IMG/VR virus record: IMGVR_UViG_2921473944_000001
Location: 1 to 64,000 of that record
From: a virus
Lineage: Duplodnaviria; Caudoviricetes
Strand: one strand, 5' to 3'
DNA length: 64,000 nt
Both the position numbers and the translations under genes were made by a program. This document shows, piece after piece, positions 19,570-28,458 of this stretch; the stretch's first letter is position 1; the number at the start of each line of letters is the position of its first letter. The notes beneath the pieces are model-generated. The model made no database searches and was not told where the DNA came from. It saw only the letters and a program-made list of their open reading frames with translations.

Positions 19570-21489
19570 TTAAGCTGCGATATCTGTTGTAGCCTGCACG
19601 AACTCAATAGCTACTGCTCCGTATGGTTTGCACATAGCTCCTGAACAACGTGTCTCAATCAGGTACTTCTGTTTGTTGAAGTCGATATCGAAGTCATCAA
19701 ACATGGTCACATCTCCGCCCCGATCTGTTCCGACGTTGTAGTCTGTAAGGTTCACATACAGACCGGCAAGGAAATGTGTGTTAGCACCTTTAATTCTTGA
19801 CAGTCCTTCCATAACCGGTACAGGAACGATCTTGTTTACGCGAAGTCTTGTAGCGAGTTTCTCTACTGTGTCATAGATAACTCGTCCGGTCTTGTCTTCG
19901 AGAAGCAGGCAGTCTGTAAGCATATCTTCAGACATGTACATAGTCGGATTTCCTGATCCTTTGTACGCTTTTCTTGACTTGATACATGCTTTGATGAACG
20001 CCTGGGCTTTCTCTTCAGCTGTTGTAGCCTTTGTAATAGCAATCTCAGATTTAACTGTATAAACGTCATCATCTGTCCATACTGGTCTGATATTCTGCTC
20101 GTTGATCTTGTCTTCTGCAGATGTGCTGCGTCCGTCACCGAACAGGTATGCACGTGCAAGCTCCTCGTCAAGCATCATACGCATCTCCTGCTTCAGCCAT
20201 GGGATCATATCGAAATCTGTGATGTCCAGCATGTCATCTCTGTCAAGGGACTGTTTCTTGTAAACTGTTACTGGTGTAGTAACACGTTTCAGCATTTTGA
20301 ATACTTCATCTTTCTTCTGTTTGCCTTTAATGTATCCCTTTGCTCTTGCTTCATCTTCTGTGATGTCAGCGAAGATAGATTTAACACGGCTGAATGGTGT
20401 TTTGTGTACTGCTGCCATAACTCCAGCTACCCAGCCATTGTCTCTCTGGATAAATCCTGGTGTTTTATCAATTGTCTGTGCATCCGGGAACAGAGTATCA
20501 ATGTCTGTAATTCCGTGCTCAAGGAAGGCGTCTTTAAGGCTTCCGCGTCTTCTAGCCTCTCCAATAATTTCCTGGAATTCAGAGTGTGTGAGGATTTCCT
20601 GATCCTGTGTGTTTGTCTCCTTATCAAATACGTTATGTTTCATAAAATCTGTCTCTCCTTCTTCTGAGTGTTCTACGTCGTCAGTATCTACGCCGGCATC
20701 TTCCAGAGCCTGACCAATCATTGTGTATACCACTGTTTTCTGTTTGTCTGTTAATGTGTTAAATACATCAGCTACTGTTTCGTCTGAATCAGTGCTATCA
20801 TCTGACGCTGCATGTTTTACTTCTTTCTTGTCTTCGTCGTCAGTGTCGACACCGGCTTCTTCCAAAGCCTGTCCGATCATTGCATAAACTACGGTCTTCT
20901 GCTCTTCTGTTAATGTGTTAAATACATCAGCTACTGTTTTGTCGTCATCGTTTTTAGCAGCTGGCTTCTGTTCTTTATTATCAGTTCCCACTTCTGTTTC
21001 TCCTTTCTTTCCTTCATCTGAATGTGTAAGTTCGTCGTCGAAATCAATGTATTCTCCGCAACGGATAATTGCCTCTTCTTCAGATCCATCGCCATGAGCC
21101 ATTACTGAATCAATAACAGCGCCTGGATTTGCTCCAGCGAGGACTAAACTAACCTCACGAATAACTCCGTGAATAACGTCTCCGCCCATCTGTTTGAGTT
21201 TGTTAGCCCAAATAGACAGACGATCAATATCTTTATGCTGAACAAGGGTTTTAGCATTCTGTCCGGCTTCAGTGTTATTGAATGAAATATAGGCATATAC
21301 TCCGTTGTCACGGTTCTCTAATACAGCATGTCCAAGTACTGCATTCGGATCGTTATGTTCATGATTCCAAACAACTGGAACAGTTTTTCCGTCACATTCT
21401 TCGAAGGCATTCTTACGAATAGTTCGTCCATCTGAGCAAAGCATGTTTGCTTTTGTCGCCCATCCAGAGCAGTCATAAGATTTAGCCAT
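19570..21489 (-). CDS. Prohead protease-scaffold-major capsid fusion protein (HK97 fold)
   Basis: N-terminal HK97-type protease motifs (WNH, LSI, REVSLV...ANP), an acidic linker with a duplicated segment, then a capsid domain. Likely start MAKSYD at 21489 (RBS GGAGG). Confidence 0.9.
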   Translation of the reverse strand: MAKSYDCSGWATKANMLCSDGRTIRKNAFEECDGKTVPVVWNHEHNDPNAVLGHAVLENRDNGVYAYISFNNTEAGQNAKTLVQHKDIDRLSIWANKLKQMGGDVIHGVIREVSLVLAGANPGAVIDSVMAHGDGSEEEAIIRCGEYIDFDDELTHSDEGKKGETEVGTDNKEQKPAAKNDDDKTVADVFNTLTEEQKTVVYAMIGQALEEAGVDTDDEDKKEVKHAASDDSTDSDETVADVFNTLTDKQKTVVYTMIGQALEDAGVDTDDVEHSEEGETDFMKHNVFDKETNTQDQEILTHSEFQEIIGEARRRGSLKDAFLEHGITDIDTLFPDAQTIDKTPGFIQRDNGWVAGVMAAVHKTPFSRVKSIFADITEDEARAKGYIKGKQKKDEVFKMLKRVTTPVTVYKKQSLDRDDMLDITDFDMIPWLKQEMRMMLDEELARAYLFGDGRSTSAEDKINEQNIRPVWTDDDVYTVKSEIAITKATTAEEKAQAFIKACIKSRKAYKGSGNPTMYMSEDMLTDCLLLEDKTGRVIYDTVEKLATRLRVNKIVPVPVMEGLSRIKGANTHFLAGLYVNLTDYNVGTDRGGDVTMFDDFDIDFNKQKYLIETRCSGAMCKPYGAVAIEFVQATTDIAA

Positions 21490-21605
21490 TTTGATTTTTA
21501 CCTCCAAAGTCTATCTGTATAATTGGTTTAAAAGTTACAATGTATCTCTATCTCAAACTCAGATGACACTTTGTCAAAGTCTCGCAATATGGAATTGTCT
21601 CTTAA

Positions 21606-21641
21606 TGTTTAAAATTGAAAAAGCTCATTAGAATTAATGAG
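21606..21641 (-). terminator. Probable terminator after the portal gene
   Basis: CTCATTA-ATTC-TAATGAG hairpin followed by CTTTTT on the minus strand. Confidence 0.5.
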
Positions 21642-21654
21642 ATTAGATTTGTGT

Positions 21655-22965
21655 TTAATTATCCATACTTTGTAAGCTGGATATAGGCATGTTTCCTAAT
21701 GCTATGTCGTCTTCAGGCACTTCTCTGTCAGTAGGGTACTCTTCCTGTTCTACCATATTATCAGGTGTTATCATACTTTCATCTTGGATAGCAGATTCTG
21801 GCTGATTCAAGTTACTGTTAATAAGCTTGTCAGCTTTCGGATCGTCAGATGGTTTCATACCGATTAGCTGTCGTATCTCATTACTTGTAAGAATCTCATT
21901 ACGAGTAAACTTATCTGCTATTTCAGCAATGTCGTTAACTGGCACTAGACGGAACGGGTCTTTGAAGAACATAATAGTCTGTAGCTGAGTCCGTGCTGTT
22001 TTGGTCAAGAATTTACGTTTCATCTCGTCCACTATTGCTGATAAGATAGGCTCGATCGTACGGTTATTGTAGTTAAGCATTGTCTTTTCGTCAGCAGTAC
22101 CATTCATTACTTCCTGTGTGATACCAAGCTGGCTGTATAAGAGATTGGTAAGATATTCAATCTGTTTCATGAGGTTGTTCTCGACAGGTCGGTTTAACTG
22201 AACAATCTTCTCTGTACCGTCGATATAAGCAATACCATATGGTCCTTTCAATTGTTCTTCAATACTTTCCATTCTCTTCTTAGCTTCGTTACGTCTAGCC
22301 TCAGAACGAATCTGGTATGGTAACTGAATAACCATGTCAAGTTTTCCAGATCCGGTGGATTCATCAACAGCATCAAGTAACACCAATTTACGCATAAGTC
22401 GTTTCATGGTAGAATTCTGCTCGTTGATTACGGCATACAGCGGACTCTCTACAATACCTACTGTTTTCTTGGGTAGAACAACTTCTTCTTGGTGACCAGT
22501 TTTTTCATTATAAAGTCGAACTTTAACATATTCTGGATACCATTCAAGAATCTTACCGGTTCTCAATGTTAAAATATCGTATGAGCTTGTCTGTGTTGGA
22601 TTAAATGTAGTATCTACTGGAACCATGGCTACTGTACCTTCATCGAGCATACTCATAACTGTATCCTGCATGAACGCTCGTCCAGTCTGGTCAATATTTG
22701 CTTCAAGATTGAGACAGTTATTTATGCCTGAATCTATATCTTTTATAAATCTACCATTTACATCAACTTTACAATGCTTGATATTTACTGACGATACATC
22801 TACCGCAATTCTATTAAATATAGAAGTAATTATTGATCGTTCATTACCTCTCGATAGTTGTACACGATCAGGTCGATACGATGCGGAAGTACCTCTATTT
22901 AAATAAGTAGGTTCTCTGTTCCTGAATACGTCCCAGCTATGCCGGAGTGTATCAAATATTCCCAT
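21655..22965 (-). CDS. Portal protein
   Basis: 436 aa between TerL and capsid; HK97-like portal motifs ('AIAYIDGTEKI', 'TIEPILSAIVDEMKRKFL', 'ILTSNEIR'). Confidence 0.9.
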   Translation of the reverse strand: MGIFDTLRHSWDVFRNREPTYLNRGTSASYRPDRVQLSRGNERSIITSIFNRIAVDVSSVNIKHCKVDVNGRFIKDIDSGINNCLNLEANIDQTGRAFMQDTVMSMLDEGTVAMVPVDTTFNPTQTSSYDILTLRTGKILEWYPEYVKVRLYNEKTGHQEEVVLPKKTVGIVESPLYAVINEQNSTMKRLMRKLVLLDAVDESTGSGKLDMVIQLPYQIRSEARRNEAKKRMESIEEQLKGPYGIAYIDGTEKIVQLNRPVENNLMKQIEYLTNLLYSQLGITQEVMNGTADEKTMLNYNNRTIEPILSAIVDEMKRKFLTKTARTQLQTIMFFKDPFRLVPVNDIAEIADKFTRNEILTSNEIRQLIGMKPSDDPKADKLINSNLNQPESAIQDESMITPDNMVEQEEYPTDREVPEDDIALGNMPISSLQSMDN

Positions 22966-22982
22966 TTTGATTTTTACCTCCT

Positions 22983-24716
22983 TTACTCAAAGGCATCTTT
23001 ATTTTGTTTCCAAGCTATAAACGCATCCATGAGTGCTGCGACACAGTCAATCTTGTGTTCTCGTTTACGCTTGAATAGTTTACGGTTGCCATTGCTGTCT
23101 TCGAGAGTGATACAGTTACCCATAGCGAAAGTCATGATGCTTTCATCAAATATAAGCATTCTCTCTTCAGACAGTTTCTTAAGTTCACCTAATGGAATTG
23201 ACTCAGTTTTTGCACCCTGTGGCACTTTTTCGATTCCATATGGACCATGCTCTTGCTCGTATCTTGTTACGAATTCTTTAGCTCCATAAGGATCGTATCC
23301 AAAGCATCGAACATCATAATCGCAGTCTATGATATGCTGATCAAGATCCTCATAAACTTGCATCATGTCAAGGACAGTTCCTTCCAAAATAACGAGACTG
23401 CCCTCTTTCATGAATTCCTCATATTTAGTTCGCATGGCTGCTGGTAGTTTCTTTAGAGTTAAAGAAGATATATAATTACGAGATTTAATTCCGAATGTAC
23501 CATCTGGTAACGGAAATAAGAATGTAAAACTACAGAAGTCATCACCCTGCGATAAATCGGCTCCTAATGCGCAAGGCATTTGCCAGAAGTCCCTTCGTCG
23601 GTGCGGTAAGGTCTCCTCATACGTAAAGTAATATGTATAGCCTTCCAATGGGATTCCGAATCTCTTTGCTAGAATATCGTTTCTAACAGCTGGATTCTGT
23701 TCTGCTCTTTCGACATCCTGTTGGTATGTTTCATAAGTTACTGTCAGACCAAGGTTCGGATTTGCTTTAACCCACATCTCTGGTTTGGCAACTTCGTCGA
23801 TAGAATCTAGCTTGTACCACCATATTGACACATGTGGATTACGATACTCGTTCTTAAGTATCTTTGCTAATTCCATTTTGACTGTATCGCCACTACCATT
23901 TCGGACTGTTCCTTCTGAACTAATAGCTACGATAAGGTAGTCGTCGTTCTTGGAAGCTCCCTGTTCAAGAGCGCCGATTACATCTTCTCGCACATCACCG
24001 GATAGCCATTCATCGACAGTGTTAATACGACTGTTTAGACCCTGAAGTTTATCAATACTCATTGGCCTGATTTCGAGTAACGAACCGGTTAGGAAGTTTT
24101 CAATACCTTTCTTGGTACTCGCAAGTTTCTGACGGTTTGCCCTCGATCCGGTAGTATTCTGCAGTGACCCCTCAGTCAAGAACTTAAAGAGTGGACCTCT
24201 TGATCTTGTGATAGCAGTTCGAATCGGTGATAATACCTCTTCAGACTGTTTCATAGTAGGTGCTGTGGTAATCTGATGTGTGGTTGACGTATCCACATTT
24301 AAGAAGTAACTCTGAATACAAGCAGCATACATCGACTTCGCAGCACCTCTGGCTACGATTAGATACTGCTTATTAATGAGTCGTTTCTTAATTGTCTTCT
24401 GTACATACCGCCCAAGTTCTGGGTCATATACACTTCGTTCTTTGTAGTAGTACCAACCAAAAATCTCTTCTGCCCAAAGTTTAAATGAATCAAGTAGATG
24501 TAAGTCTTCACCATCAGTGAGTGTCATTTCATTCTCACAATAATGAATAAAGCCCTCGACAGCTCTGTTGTCATACCAGAACGCGGGACTTTCTATTAGG
24601 TCATCTATTCGATGCATTTCCATCTCTACTTCTTCGCAGATTGGAATTTCGCCTCTCATTACGGCGTCTCGAAACTTTCCATAATATATAGGAGTCGCTG
24701 TATTACTTAACGCCAT
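22983..24716 (-). CDS. terL: Terminase large subunit
   Basis: Walker A-like 'VARGAAKS', 'TVDEW', nuclease-domain 'GADLS' and 'KIDCVAALMDA'. Confidence 0.95.
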   Translation of the reverse strand: MALSNTATPIYYGKFRDAVMRGEIPICEEVEMEMHRIDDLIESPAFWYDNRAVEGFIHYCENEMTLTDGEDLHLLDSFKLWAEEIFGWYYYKERSVYDPELGRYVQKTIKKRLINKQYLIVARGAAKSMYAACIQSYFLNVDTSTTHQITTAPTMKQSEEVLSPIRTAITRSRGPLFKFLTEGSLQNTTGSRANRQKLASTKKGIENFLTGSLLEIRPMSIDKLQGLNSRINTVDEWLSGDVREDVIGALEQGASKNDDYLIVAISSEGTVRNGSGDTVKMELAKILKNEYRNPHVSIWWYKLDSIDEVAKPEMWVKANPNLGLTVTYETYQQDVERAEQNPAVRNDILAKRFGIPLEGYTYYFTYEETLPHRRRDFWQMPCALGADLSQGDDFCSFTFLFPLPDGTFGIKSRNYISSLTLKKLPAAMRTKYEEFMKEGSLVILEGTVLDMMQVYEDLDQHIIDCDYDVRCFGYDPYGAKEFVTRYEQEHGPYGIEKVPQGAKTESIPLGELKKLSEERMLIFDESIMTFAMGNCITLEDSNGNRKLFKRKREHKIDCVAALMDAFIAWKQNKDAFE

Positions 24717-24734
24717 AATTTATTCACCTACTTT

Positions 24735-25262
24735 TCATCTGAACTGTTTTCTTAATTGTTCGATGTCATCAAGATTGGATTTAGCATAATCATCGAATTT
24801 TTCCATCGAGTATTTTGTGCATAGCAGCTTAGCTTTTTTATAATTTGAATTACTACAAATATCGTGGATTAACGCTCTATTATAATGCTTGGACATAGTT
24901 TTTTCGAATAATTTTTCATATCCATCGACATATGATTTATCGTTCACGTAGTCATGGTTAGTAGCTCTTTTACCTAATTTTTTGTCGTATTCTTTATTGT
25001 ACTGCTAAGCCTTTCCGTTATTCATTTCATTAGCGGCTTCGTTGTATGCCTTACGATATCGTTTTGAATCCCCTTTATTAATATCCTTACTAGCTTTGTT
25101 GAGATATTTTCTATATTCTTTAGATACTTTATTTTTACCAATGTCGGTTAAAGTTCCGTCTGAATTCTGATATTTCCTGACACCCCACTTCATACCTTTA
25201 ACTCCGTAATGTAAGAGTTCTTCTTGGTTACTTCTTGAAAATATGTATATATTGTTTTGCAT
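24735..25262 (-). pseudogene. Tagged (HYGVKGMKWG) basic protein interrupted by an in-frame TAG at 25005-25007
   Basis: ORFs 25005..25262 and 24735..24947 are in the same frame: ...GKA-TAG-QYNKEYDKKLGK... reads open to 24735. Confidence 0.7.
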
Positions 25263-25317
25263 TATTTCTATTCGTCACCTTTCTTTTACTTGCATAACAA
25301 GTATTTATAGCAAATTA

Positions 25318-26073
25318 TTATATATAGCCCATGAATTTTTTTACTTTTTTCGCTGCATTTATAACGTCTCTGATATTCTGTGAACTAAACTGAACTAGAC
25401 TACCGTTTAACGTGGTTTGATGATTGCTCAGATATCGGTTAGCGGCATATGCTCCACTAGTTACGGCCGCTGTTGTAGCTACTGATTTTGCAGTCATCGT
25501 CATACAACGTTTAAGTGCTGCCTTTTTCTTAGAACGTTTCGCTGACACTTCAGGAGCACGCCTTGCGTTGGCTCTTTCAATGTCGTGCTTGCTCATTAAC
25601 CTGTTATACTGTTTCTGAAGTTGCTTGTTTGTCGGGTCTAAGTCCAACTGTTTCTTTACTTTCTTAGCGTCGCTAAGGTATTTACGTGAAAGGTCCGATC
25701 TGACTTCATTCTTAATCTGACCTTTTCGATATGTTGTGTTTCCTTTTAATGATTTCTTATAAGCTTTCATATCTTGCTTGTATTGAGTTTTTAAAGTCTT
25801 ATCTGACTTATTGTTCTCGTAAGCACGTTTAGATAGATTGGCTTTCTTACCAAGTTCCACAGCGTCAGCTTTTTTCTTAGCGTTTTTGCCCCAGTTCTTA
25901 AAACTAGCATCAACCTTTTCGTTTGATCTACGGGCGATTGCTGCTCTAACTCCAGTCGAACTATAAGTAGATTTACGCTTACCCCACTTCATACCTTTAA
26001 CGCCATGGTGATAGAGTTCTTCTGGATTATTAGTTCTTGAAACTACAAATTTAGTGTTATTTTTTTGATACAT
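25318..26073 (-). CDS. Tagged (HHGVKGMKWG; DUF7211-like) Lys-rich protein
   Basis: N-terminal 'EELYHHGVKGMKWG', a very basic body and a C-terminal Ala/Thr hydrophobic helix. Confidence 0.8.
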   Translation of the reverse strand: MYQKNNTKFVVSRTNNPEELYHHGVKGMKWGKRKSTYSSTGVRAAIARRSNEKVDASFKNWGKNAKKKADAVELGKKANLSKRAYENNKSDKTLKTQYKQDMKAYKKSLKGNTTYRKGQIKNEVRSDLSRKYLSDAKKVKKQLDLDPTNKQLQKQYNRLMSKHDIERANARRAPEVSAKRSKKKAALKRCMTMTAKSVATTAAVTSGAYAANRYLSNHQTTLNGSLVQFSSQNIRDVINAAKKVKKFMGYI

Positions 26074-26090
26074 TATTTTCCTACTTTCTA

Positions 26091-26119
26091 TTGGTATTGA
26101 ACATTTTTTGTGCTATAAT
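26091..26119 (+). promoter_or_regulatory. Sigma70-type promoter for the EcsC-like gene
   Basis: TTGGTA-N17-TATAAT with extended -10 TG (TGcTATAAT), ~43 nt before ATG 26162. Confidence 0.6.
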
Positions 26120-26161
26120 ATTTTCAATAATTTTTTGAAAATTAAGTTAGAGGTGTGCATT

Positions 26162-26800
26162 ATGGCTAAGGAAATAATAACTGAAGAACAGATAACATCA
26201 GTATTGAACAAATGCTATGCGATGGCTCTTGGTGGGTTACCAAAAACTCAATCTTGTTACGAACTTGCTGAACATTACATAGAAAAATACAAAGATCCGA
26301 ATAAGGCCGTGTCTGAATTTGTAAAGTGGCAAGTGGCTAAATGTTCCACGTCAGGTTTTCTAACCAGTCTCGGCGGAATCATAACTATGCCTGTAGCTAT
26401 TCCAGCCAACTTAACTAGCGTAATTTATATCCAACTTCGAATGATTGCAACTATCGCTATTATTGGCGGGTACAATCCTTCAGACGATGAGGTTCAGTCA
26501 TTAGCATTCCTTTGTCTGACTGGGGCTTCAATGAGTAAAGTATGTCGTGAAGCCGGCATTAAATTTTCTACGAAGTTGACCACCAGTATGATTAAGAAAA
26601 TTCCTGGCGAAGCACTTAAGAAAATTAATCAAAAAGTTGCACAACGTTTTATTACGAAGTTTGGAACTACAGGAATTATAAACCTTGGAAAAATGGTGCC
26701 GGTCGTTGGCGGCGTTGTTGGAGCCGGGTTTGATTTCGTTGGAACAAACGTCATCGCTAAGAAATCGCGACAGGTATTCTTGGATGGTGTAATAGAATAA
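26162..26800 (+). CDS. EcsC-family protein
   Basis: 'SGFLTSLGGIITMPVAIPANL...IQLRMIATIA..GY' and 'GKMVPVVGGVVGAGFD' motifs; RBS GAGGTG before ATG 26162. The only convincing plus-strand gene. Confidence 0.75.
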   Translation: MAKEIITEEQITSVLNKCYAMALGGLPKTQSCYELAEHYIEKYKDPNKAVSEFVKWQVAKCSTSGFLTSLGGIITMPVAIPANLTSVIYIQLRMIATIAIIGGYNPSDDEVQSLAFLCLTGASMSKVCREAGIKFSTKLTTSMIKKIPGEALKKINQKVAQRFITKFGTTGIINLGKMVPVVGGVVGAGFDFVGTNVIAKKSRQVFLDGVIE

Positions 26801-27868
26801 TTAACTCAAATAATCAGCAGTTTTACGTCTTACATATGCGTTACACTCTGAAACAGTTTTATTACCCATCTTACCCAATACTCCGATCGTACTTGCTATA
26901 CTTTCTTTAGCAATGCGTTCGGAGTTGTATTTTCTATACATTTTATCTACAAATTTAGGATTCGTTTGAGATACGGATTGCAGTTTAACCGAATCTGTAT
27001 CAAACACGATCATTGGGCGTTTTGCATGATAGCTAGAATATTCTTTGTCGTTATAATCGAGTAATGCATTGTACCCTTTCTTTTTCAGCTCCGAATAAAA
27101 TCTATCTTGAGCAGCAATTTCCTGTGAATTATGATTAGTTAACGATAAATTCAAAGCTTTATACACCGCTATTTTCTGGCTTTTTGTCATAACGCTTGGG
27201 TCTTTTTTTAATGCGTTTTCAGCTTGTTTGAATAATATCTGTTGTGCTGGGCGTTTCATTTTTGATTTTGAATCTGCTATAGATGCCACAACGTTAGACT
27301 TGAAATCTTTTTCTTTCAATAAATTAGCTGTAATATGACCAGCGTTCTCATCAGATGGCACTTTAAGTTTTTTGGTTGATGAAATCTTTAACTGATAGAC
27401 TTTCATGTTATCACTAATGGATCTTAGTTCTTTGGCATTTGCTAAATCGGATTCACTACCCGAAACATGTGCTTGTTTCTCAGCTTGCTTAGCTGCAGCG
27501 TTTGCTCTACTGGTTAGGTTCTTACCGAATAAGCCCATATACTTATCTGAATCTTGTTTTTTATATGTAGCATAGAAAGCGAAACTCTCGAATTCTTTGC
27601 TTGTTTGTATTCGTGAGAATGTAGTGCCTTTTTTCAGATAAGTGTCTGCATATTGTTTGCCAGTTATCTGTGTACGTGCCATATTAGTAAGGTCTTTGAC
27701 TTTCATTCTTGATAACGCAGCGGTTCTGGCAAATTGTCCAGTCGATTTGTTTGCATAGTACCGCTGAATTCCAGCCGGGGTTCGAGTCCCGTCAGCGAAC
27801 TGGTATTTTCGTACTCCCCATTTCATACCCTTAACTCCGTGGTGGTATAACTCGCTCACGTTAATCAC
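26801..27868 (-). CDS. Tagged (HHGVKGMKWG) protein with a possible ADP-ribosyltransferase-like domain
   Basis: N-terminal tag. Central 'FSRIQ...FYATY...VYQLKI...GYNALLDYND...PMIVFD' pattern recalls ART-fold strands (low certainty). Confidence 0.55.
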   Translation of the reverse strand: MINVSELYHHGVKGMKWGVRKYQFADGTRTPAGIQRYYANKSTGQFARTAALSRMKVKDLTNMARTQITGKQYADTYLKKGTTFSRIQTSKEFESFAFYATYKKQDSDKYMGLFGKNLTSRANAAAKQAEKQAHVSGSESDLANAKELRSISDNMKVYQLKISSTKKLKVPSDENAGHITANLLKEKDFKSNVVASIADSKSKMKRPAQQILFKQAENALKKDPSVMTKSQKIAVYKALNLSLTNHNSQEIAAQDRFYSELKKKGYNALLDYNDKEYSSYHAKRPMIVFDTDSVKLQSVSQTNPKFVDKMYRKYNSERIAKESIASTIGVLGKMGNKTVSECNAYVRRKTADYLS

Positions 27869-28392
27869 CCCTTTAGTTCTTTAATAGCTAATGCAATACC
27901 CAATGCAGAGCTGGTGACTGCTAGTACGTTTCCGGCTGTTTCCAGAGTTCTACTCGCGTATTCTCTACCTTTTGATTCTTTTTGTGGATTAAACATATCG
28001 TTGTACTGTCGTTCTAAGATTTCTCTATTGATCTGGCTACGCATTTCCTGATCAGTCATGTTTGATAAATCCATCTTTGGAACTTTACGATTTCGATTAG
28101 ATGTATCGACGGTACGTTTTAAATCGTTAGATAGATTCCGGCTAGAATCTACCAGTCTTTTACTGCGCTCAGTATCTTCTTTTGCATATCGATTTGCATC
28201 AAACTCCAAGTCGCTTCGACCATTTTTCTTTGACTGTTTATAGTATTTGCCACTAGACTCGTCATATTTGTTGAATTCTTTCTCTCTAGCGTCTCGAGCG
28301 TAACGTTTCTTTCCAATATCAGTCATGCTTCCGTCTTTATTCTGGAATCTACGTACTCCCCATTTCATACCCTTAACTCCGTGGTGGTATAA
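27810..28392. repeat. 41-bp perfect direct repeat encoding the tag (27810-27850 and 28352-28392)
   Basis: cgtactccccatttcatacccttaactccgtggtggtataa occurs identically at both sites. A second pair, accccacttcatacctttaac (21 bp), lies at 25182-25202 and 25981-26001. Confidence 0.9.
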
Positions 28393-28434
28393 TTCTTCTG
28401 CATCAGAATCTCTTGATACTACATGGTCGTTCAT
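27865..28434 (-). CDS. Tagged (HHGVKGMKWG) protein with C-terminal hydrophobic helix
   Basis: 'EELYHHGVKGMKWGVRRFQNKDGSMT'; C-terminal 'AGNVLAVTSSALGIALAIKELKG'. Confidence 0.8.
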   Translation of the reverse strand: MNDHVVSRDSDAEELYHHGVKGMKWGVRRFQNKDGSMTDIGKKRYARDAREKEFNKYDESSGKYYKQSKKNGRSDLEFDANRYAKEDTERSKRLVDSSRNLSNDLKRTVDTSNRNRKVPKMDLSNMTDQEMRSQINREILERQYNDMFNPQKESKGREYASRTLETAGNVLAVTSSALGIALAIKELKG

Positions 28435-28458
28435 TTCTATTCACCTTCTTTCTTGAAA

